A stretch of 63,176 bases of DNA, counting the filler. It is 3 parts of 3 records of this genome, joined end to end, with 100 filler letters (N's around TTAATTAATTAA, not from the genome) between each part and the next. Parts side by side here need not be neighbours in the genome. Positions count along the whole stretch, not along the records: positions 55,621 to 63,176 come from SRR2962707_799; 2 more parts are not named here. One strand, written 5' to 3'. A program made the position numbers and the translations under genes. The notes beneath the pieces were generated by a model, which was not told the DNA's origin, made no database searches, and saw only the letters and a program-made list of their open reading frames with translations. Position 1 is the first letter of the stretch; every line of letters starts with the position of its first letter. Positions 56,945-63,176 of the stretch are shown piece after piece.

Positions 56945-58975
56945 TCAGACCCTGAACGCTTCCACGAGACGCTGCAGGGATGCAGTCAGTTGTGACATTT
57001 CCCGTGACGATGCCAGGGTTTCCTCGGCGTTATCTGCCGTTTTCTCACCCAGGACACTGATCTGTTCAACGTTGGTATTGACGTTTTTCGCCACGGCAGA
57101 CTGCTCCTCGGCCGCCTGTGCGATCTGGTGGCTCATATCAACAATGGTCGAAATCCCCTGGGCAATCCGGTCCAGCGCTTCCGTCACTTCCGCCGATTTC
57201 TTCACCGTGGTTTCAGTCACGTCATGGCTGTTGGTCATGGCCGCAACGGCTTCCTTCACGCCGCTCTGCAACCGGGTGATCATACCCTCGATTTCCTCAG
57301 TCGATTTGTGGGTACGCTGTGACAGTGAACGTACTTCGTCTGCCACCACCGCAAAACCACGGCCCTGCTCACCGGCGCGCGCAGCCTCGATGGCCGCATT
57401 CAATGCCAGGAGATTGGTCTGCTCCGCAATCGCCTTGATTTCGACCAGAACCTGGCTGATGTTATCGCTGTCGGCGTTTACCCGGTTGATGACATCAACC
57501 GCGCCGGAGATTTCGGTGGCAAGACGGTTGATGGTGGCGACGGTATCCGCAACCACTCCGCGGCCTCTCTCGGTATCCTCTTCAGCCGCGCCAGCGCTAT
57601 CAGACACGCGATGAGCACTCTCAGTGACCTCATTGACCGCTTCCACCATCTGGTTCATGGCTTCGTTGATCTGGCCGGACTCCTCCATCTGCCGCGCAAC
57701 GGCCTCGCTGTTCGCAGCCGCGGTATCGTTGACACGAGTGGCCTGCCGATCGACGTCCGATGTAGTGCTGCTCACTGAGCGGATCAATTCGGCAATCCGG
57801 TCCGTCATGTTGTTGAACTCGGTAGTCAGTTCACCCAATTCATCACGATTATCCAATTGGATGTGAGTCGTCATATCGCCCTCAGCCACGGACCTTGCTG
57901 CCGTGCTGAAACGATTAATAGCCGTGCGTACCGACATAAAGAAGCCGACGTAGAGGTAAACCACCACTAACAGGACAATTACCAATGCGGCAATAATCAA
58001 CTGCCGTTGCTGCAGCTCGCCCTCCAGGCGTGAGTTCAGGTTTGCGCCAACGACGTCAAAAATTCCAGCCTTGAGCGCATCGTAATGGGCAAGCTGGTTT
58101 TCGATGGTGCGGTTGAAATCCCGCCAGGGTAACTCGAGGCGCATGGGTGTGATGATGTTGGCATCCAGCTCGTCACGCACAACCACCAGACTCTCGAGAA
58201 TGCCCTCGACGGCATCACCTGTCGTTTTCTCCAGGGTCGGCGATGCATCCATCGATACGGTCAGTGCAGGCCCGAGCAGTGATGCGCGGTTGGTCAGTTC
58301 GTCATAGATTTCATTAAGAGCGTCACTGAGATTGTAGCCCACCTGCCCGTCGATGAGCGCAAAGGTCCCGAACGTCCTGGCCCGGCCAATGATGCTGCGG
58401 GCATCCGGCAGCGACTCACGCAATAGCCCCAGAAGCAGCAGGTTTTCCCGGGATGCGTCCTGCCCCAGGCCGGAAATTTCAATGGTCGCGGACAAGAGCG
58501 CCCGCACTTTCTGGACGAACTCCTGATAATACTTGAACTGGGGGTCGATATTGCCCTGATAACTGTCAGTCGATTTGAGTGTTTGCCACTCTTCCACCAG
58601 CATCGCCACCTGCTGGGACCAGTTACCGGACTCATCAAAACGAGCCTCTGCGTTAACCAGTTCCTCAAGAATTCTATCAATCGTTTCTGACGACTCTGCG
58701 GACTGTGAGAGCAGTTCGTTGTCATCCTTGATCTTGCCGGGGGCACGAAAATCCCGGTATGCCATGGACTCTGCCAGCAGCGCATCCACCTTTTCGAGCT
58801 GCTCCAATCCCTCCACGCCCCGGGTCATGGTATCAACCGACCGGTTCAGTTCACTGATAACCAACCAGGAAAGGGCAATAATGGGAAGCAGGAACAACAC
58901 ACTGATCAGGCTGAATTTGTAGAACATCGGCAGCCGATTCATCAGCGCTACTGCAGGCTTGATAAGCTGGTTCAC
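56945..58975 (-). CDS. Methyl-accepting chemotaxis protein
   Basis: Two TM segments, HAMP ([13 protein letters not shown]), [34 protein letters not shown]; probable GTG start at 58975. Confidence 0.95.
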   Translation of the reverse strand: MNQLIKPAVALMNRLPMFYKFSLISVLFLLPIIALSWLVISELNRSVDTMTRGVEGLEQLEKVDALLAESMAYRDFRAPGKIKDDNELLSQSAESSETIDRILEELVNAEARFDESGNWSQQVAMLVEEWQTLKSTDSYQGNIDPQFKYYQEFVQKVRALLSATIEISGLGQDASRENLLLLGLLRESLPDARSIIGRARTFGTFALIDGQVGYNLSDALNEIYDELTNRASLLGPALTVSMDASPTLEKTTGDAVEGILESLVVVRDELDANIITPMRLELPWRDFNRTIENQLAHYDALKAGIFDVVGANLNSRLEGELQQRQLIIAALVIVLLVVVYLYVGFFMSVRTAINRFSTAARSVAEGDMTTHIQLDNRDELGELTTEFNNMTDRIAELIRSVSSTTSDVDRQATRVNDTAAANSEAVARQMEESGQINEAMNQMVEAVNEVTESAHRVSDSAGAAEEDTERGRGVVADTVATINRLATEISGAVDVINRVNADSDNISQVLVEIKAIAEQTNLLALNAAIEAARAGEQGRGFAVVADEVRSLSQRTHKSTEEIEGMITRLQSGVKEAVAAMTNSHDVTETTVKKSAEVTEALDRIAQGISTIVDMSHQIAQAAEEQSAVAKNVNTNVEQISVLGEKTADNAEETLASSREMSQLTASLQRLVEAFRV

Positions 58976-59100
58976 GTGTACCCCCACAGAAAGCATCGAA
59001 AGGATGGAACTTTATTCTATTTGTTTATATTGTCGACTAAAGTACTACAAACTTGAGTGTTTTTCGGCGTAAAAATGTAATTTTTGTCAAAATGTCGTGA

Positions 59101-59988
59101 TCAGCGCACACCGGCAATAACCAGCAGCGCAAGGATGCAGATCCAGACCAGCATGCTTCGGTTCAGCAAATCCCGGATGGCCTCCAGGCTGCGACCACCA
59201 AAGCCCGCCCATTCGTCCGGATGGATCTTTGAGAACCGTTCCGGGTCCAGTGCATAGCCCGTCAATGCCGCGCTCGCGGCGCCCATCAATAGCTGGTTGG
59301 TTCTGAGGCTAAAATCAAACAGTCTTCGTTTTCCTTCTTTCATCCAGCCGGCAAGATCACCTGCGACTCCAAACGTGAAGGACAGTAGTCGTGAGGGAAG
59401 CCAATTGAGTATCTCCGCCAGCGCGGCAAACCCTGGTCTCGCTGCCACCTGCGGCCAGTGATCCCTTAACGCGACAACTCCCCTCGCAAAGAAGGCAGCC
59501 GCAATACCGCCAACGGCATACCAGAAAGCGACCAGAAAAAAACGCTCGAAGACGCTGACCATCAGCGTTCGTGACAAAGCCAGATGCATCTCATCGGGCG
59601 ACGTTGCCGCGCCCCGTTCCTCAGCCGGTAAAATATCCATAACGTGATGCCAAGCGGACTGCATGTCGCCCCTGGCCCAGGATTCACTGTAAACCTCCAG
59701 GCGCGCCCGCCAACCCGGCGCACCCATCAACAACACCATCAACAAAAACTCCAATGGATACGCGGCCATGCGCCAGCCAATGGTGTGCAGATAGTACTCC
59801 CCGGCGACCAGAATCAGCGAGGGCACAAGAATAATAACCAGCCCCTTCCATAGGCCTGCCTCGTTACCAGACCTTTCAGCGCCTCCCCGGTTAAACGCGG
59901 AACGCCACAACGGCTCAGAAGACCAGGCGTTGGCCGCATCCAGCTTGCGTCTCACCAGGTAAGCGAGCAGAAACACCACCAATACCAT
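59101..59988 (-). CDS. ampE: AmpE-like inner membrane protein
   Basis: Hydrophobic; FERFFLVAFWY and LNWLPSRLLSFTFGVAGD motifs; directly downstream of ampD. Confidence 0.8.
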   Translation of the reverse strand: MVLVVFLLAYLVRRKLDAANAWSSEPLWRSAFNRGGAERSGNEAGLWKGLVIILVPSLILVAGEYYLHTIGWRMAAYPLEFLLMVLLMGAPGWRARLEVYSESWARGDMQSAWHHVMDILPAEERGAATSPDEMHLALSRTLMVSVFERFFLVAFWYAVGGIAAAFFARGVVALRDHWPQVAARPGFAALAEILNWLPSRLLSFTFGVAGDLAGWMKEGKRRLFDFSLRTNQLLMGAASAALTGYALDPERFSKIHPDEWAGFGGRSLEAIRDLLNRSMLVWICILALLVIAGVR

Positions 59989-60614
59989 CAGTTATCCGCT
60001 CCGTTGCCATGCCCTGTACCAAGCAGTTGCCGATATCGGGGCCAGTCAAAAGCCGGGCCCGGATCGGTTTTGCGACCGGGTGCGATATCGCTGTGCCCGG
60101 TGATCCTCTCTGGCGTGATGGCCGGCCACGATTTCATGATCAATGCTGACACGTCAGCAAGCACCTCATACTGAGCTGCGGTGTATGGAATGTCATCCGC
60201 GCCCTCCAGCTCAATGCCGATTGAATAATCGTTGCACTCTTCCAGGCCCTGAAAGCAGGACCGCCCGGCATGCCACGCGCGCTCCAACAAGCTGACGAAC
60301 TGAAGGCATTCGCCATCCCGGCGGATCAGCAGGTGTGACGAAACCTTCATATCGGCGATGGTCTCGAAATAGGGGTGCTCTGAGGGGGACAGTTGGTTGC
60401 AGAAAAACCGTTCGATGGCATCGCCTCCGAACTGCCCGGGAGGAAGGCTGATGTTATGAACAACCAACAGGGATATTGCCGCCCCGTCGGGGCGTTTGCC
60501 AAAATTTGGAGACGGGCACCAATGGGCGCCGGCTACCCGACCGGTCGTCCGTAATCCGGCGACAGCCGGTGGCGACAGGTCAATGGTGTTGCGCGAAGGG
60601 ATGGTTTCAGACAA
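59988..60614 (-). CDS. ampD: 1,6-anhydro-N-acetylmuramyl-L-alanine amidase (start uncertain)
   Basis: SPNF..RP, VHNISLPPG, VSSHLLIRRDG, AWHAG, SIGIELEG, GHSDIAPGRKTDPG. Confidence 0.93.
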   Translation of the reverse strand: MSETIPSRNTIDLSPPAVAGLRTTGRVAGAHWCPSPNFGKRPDGAAISLLVVHNISLPPGQFGGDAIERFFCNQLSPSEHPYFETIADMKVSSHLLIRRDGECLQFVSLLERAWHAGRSCFQGLEECNDYSIGIELEGADDIPYTAAQYEVLADVSALIMKSWPAITPERITGHSDIAPGRKTDPGPAFDWPRYRQLLGTGHGNGADN

Positions 60615-60720
60615 TGTGGTTCCAACAGGCCGGGGCGAACAGACCGGACCACCGATGTGTTCGCCGTTGTTGCTTTGATGCCCCTGATTGAAGCACAAAG
60701 TCTCCGGTCTTGCTATACGA

Positions 60721-63087
60721 TCAGTCCTTGCGGCTACTGCGAAGGTTGTCGATGATGGATTCCAGCGCCCGGTCGAATATCAGGCCGTCGTCCAACATGG
60801 AGATCTCATCCGCAGCGAGCGCCAGTGCAAGGTTTTCACGCTGATATTCCGCCACTTTGGCACCACTGCGATTAACGAAGATGTACTTGCCCGTCGCCTT
60901 GATAAACGCGGCCAGCTTGCAGCGTGTTTTGTTGCCATCACGGGTCAGCTCAACCCAGGAGCCAACACGAAGGCCATCAGCCCGCTCCAGCCATTGAAGC
61001 TCGACATTTGCCCCGGAGCTCTCGGCCAATTCCTCTGCGGCCGGCTCTTCAGGGCTTGGCACGGGGCTAGCAGATACAGACGTGGTGGCATCCGAGGGCT
61101 CGGAGGCGCCTGCCATTACGCCCTCAGTCGTTCGCTCCACTTTCTCTGGAGCTTTGGGCGCGGTATCCGACATATCCCTGGAGACCACAGACGGTTCCGC
61201 CTCCACCTTTTGGGGCGCAGCCTGAGGTTCAGGTTCGGGCGCCACAGCAGGGCGGGTTGTGGTGACAAGGCGCTGGAACACGTCCACGTGGGCCAGTTCA
61301 AGGTCTCTTATGGCGGCATCGGTGGCAAATGGGTCCCACGAAATTTCCTGTAGGGCGTTTCTCAGACCGTCCACGATTCCCGGAATCGACCGCAGCAGCT
61401 CGCTGCGAGTGTTGTCGTTGATGGGCCTGGGATCAACACTCCATACGAGTTGCCGGGTAAGGTCACATGCCTCATCCCAACGCTCACTGTCTTCACCCTC
61501 ACGCAGCACGATCCACTGTAGATACTTTGCCCACGCCTCATTCAACAGTGTGACGACCGGAGGAGACAGATCCCGACCGGTAATCTGTTCGTTCAGCAGG
61601 TTCTCAGACGCTTTGGATGCCCGCTCCTGCTTGGCCCTGCCTTCCTCAGCATCACGCAGACGCTGCTCCACGAGCTCCCTGCGACGACGGTCCAAATCCA
61701 TGAAATGGCCGAAATCGCTGAGCAACTCACTGAAAATATCGACGTTGTCGGTAAATTCGTTAAGCACGCGATCAACCACCGACTCGATCTTGTCTCGTAG
61801 CGGATCACGCTGGCCGGCCTTTTTCTCGGTCCAACCGATAGCAGACATGGCCAGCTCATTCAGCAGCTTCCGTACCGGATGTCCGCCCCGGTTAAAGAAA
61901 TTGTTGTCGCTCAGCGCCACCTTGAGTACAGGAATCTGAAGGCGCCCGATCACGGACTTCATCACCGGATGGAGCTGACGGTCTTCCAGGATAAAATCAA
62001 ACAACATCGACACGAGATTGATGACGTCGCTGTCCACTTGGCCGACATCATGTTTCTTCCCGGTTTCCGACCGGAACACCTGCTGTAGTTGCTCTGACAG
62101 AGGCACAACCTCACCCTGCCCCCAATGGACTGACTGAGACTGGATTTCGTGAAGCCGTGTCATCAGTGTACGGGTATCGAGCGCGCCGGCGCTGGGCACA
62201 CCACTGTTTTCTGTGCCGTACTCGCTCGAACTCTGCCCCTGGTGCAACAGAGCGCTCAGTTCAGAAAACGTTGCCCGCACATCGTCGGACGGGGTCGTGA
62301 GCGGCCCCGACGCATCTGACTCCGAGCTCGCTGACAGCGTCCCAGCAGTCCGCCCCCCAGCCGGGGCGGATTTGCCAGACGCGCCCTGGCCACCGACCGG
62401 CGGGCGACGCATGTCGGGCAGCACCCCTTCGGCGATCAGGGTTTTGTTGGCATCCTTGTAGAAATCACCCAGAACCCCCACCAGCAAGCGGTCGAACAGT
62501 TTAAGCACCACCAGCTTGGCACGGATATCGATATCCAGATCGGAACAGGCTTCCGCAACCCCTCCGCAGATCACCTCCGGGCTCAGGGGCATCTGGCTAT
62601 CTTCCAGACGCACCGAGGGCAGCAGGTGAGCAACCCGCACATTCAGCAGGCGTATAACCTCCGCGTGTTGGTTGCGCAGTTTGTTGATCAGGTTGTCGAT
62701 GGCGACCTGCTGCTCCAGATCGGAATGGTCCAGCAACGCCAGCGAGTCCTGGTCCACCTCATCCAGGGTGCCACTGCCACCACCCGGCTTGAACGAGCCG
62801 ATGTCATTGAACGCGCGGCTGACGTACTGCAGCACCGACACGGTCATGTTCTTGCGCCGCAGCCTCAACTCACGCATGGCGTCAAAGTACGCGGTCTGAT
62901 CCTGGTTGGTTCCAGCCTTGTCCGCCAGCTCAAAAAGCGCGTCGTCCGCCTTGTCGAAAAAACCAGACAGTACAGACTTCAGTGACTGACCCGATACGTC
63001 ACGCAGGCGCACCAGAGAGCCCGGCAGGGAAAACCTGTCAGGAAGCTTCTGGCCTTTGAGACTTACAACCTTGTTATCCTGCGCCAT
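60721..63087 (-). CDS. DUF1631 family protein
   Basis: DDALFELAD...YFDAMRELR, INLVSMLFDFIL.D, RLQIPVLKVAL...FF....HP.R.LLN, YIFVNRSG.K; upstream of ampD-ampE-MCP as in pseudomonads. Confidence 0.85.
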   Translation of the reverse strand: MAQDNKVVSLKGQKLPDRFSLPGSLVRLRDVSGQSLKSVLSGFFDKADDALFELADKAGTNQDQTAYFDAMRELRLRRKNMTVSVLQYVSRAFNDIGSFKPGGGSGTLDEVDQDSLALLDHSDLEQQVAIDNLINKLRNQHAEVIRLLNVRVAHLLPSVRLEDSQMPLSPEVICGGVAEACSDLDIDIRAKLVVLKLFDRLLVGVLGDFYKDANKTLIAEGVLPDMRRPPVGGQGASGKSAPAGGRTAGTLSASSESDASGPLTTPSDDVRATFSELSALLHQGQSSSEYGTENSGVPSAGALDTRTLMTRLHEIQSQSVHWGQGEVVPLSEQLQQVFRSETGKKHDVGQVDSDVINLVSMLFDFILEDRQLHPVMKSVIGRLQIPVLKVALSDNNFFNRGGHPVRKLLNELAMSAIGWTEKKAGQRDPLRDKIESVVDRVLNEFTDNVDIFSELLSDFGHFMDLDRRRRELVEQRLRDAEEGRAKQERASKASENLLNEQITGRDLSPPVVTLLNEAWAKYLQWIVLREGEDSERWDEACDLTRQLVWSVDPRPINDNTRSELLRSIPGIVDGLRNALQEISWDPFATDAAIRDLELAHVDVFQRLVTTTRPAVAPEPEPQAAPQKVEAEPSVVSRDMSDTAPKAPEKVERTTEGVMAGASEPSDATTSVSASPVPSPEEPAAEELAESSGANVELQWLERADGLRVGSWVELTRDGNKTRCKLAAFIKATGKYIFVNRSGAKVAEYQRENLALALAADEISMLDDGLIFDRALESIIDNLRSSRKD

Positions 63088-63176
63088 TCGGCTGCTCCGG
63101 GTGATAGCTGGAGAAATGTGTTATTGCACATCTTAGGCCTTACCCACGTCACCTTGTGTCAGAATTTGTCACCTTT

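Noticed and set aside
1-63176. tRNA/rRNA genes, riboswitches, anti-phage defence systems
   Set aside because: None recognisable by eye; a covariance-model or HMM search would be needed to exclude small ncRNAs.

Overview
The window is not one locus. It is three unrelated contigs joined by two artificial 100-nt linkers (N44-TTAATTAATTAA-N44 at 26976-27075 and 55521-55620). (1) 1-26975 looks eukaryotic, probably a marine protist. It is almost entirely one uninterrupted ORF of about 8,676 aa encoding a type I membrane protein with a fibrocystin-L/PKHD1L1-like scaffold (IPT/TIG repeats, PA14-like region, two G8 + beta-helix units). This scaffold carries many lectin-like modules, 19 juxtamembrane EGF repeats and, unusually, a cytoplasmic CAP-Gly domain. 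(2) 27076-55520 is part of a Rhodobacterales (Roseobacter-group) extrachromosomal replicon with a DnaA-like replicase and parAB. Its cargo is an uncharacterised aromatic/polyphenol-type catabolic cluster with an atypical LigAB dioxygenase, an L-galactonate-type TRAP module and IS/phage/TA debris. A 20-bp palindromic operator occurs four times and links the catabolic cluster, its TetR and a distant ABC transporter. (3) 55621-63176 is ordinary gammaproteobacterial, Marinobacter-like chromosome (valS 3' end, panE, MCP, ampE, ampD, DUF1631). All family calls come from motif recognition by eye; no searches were run.
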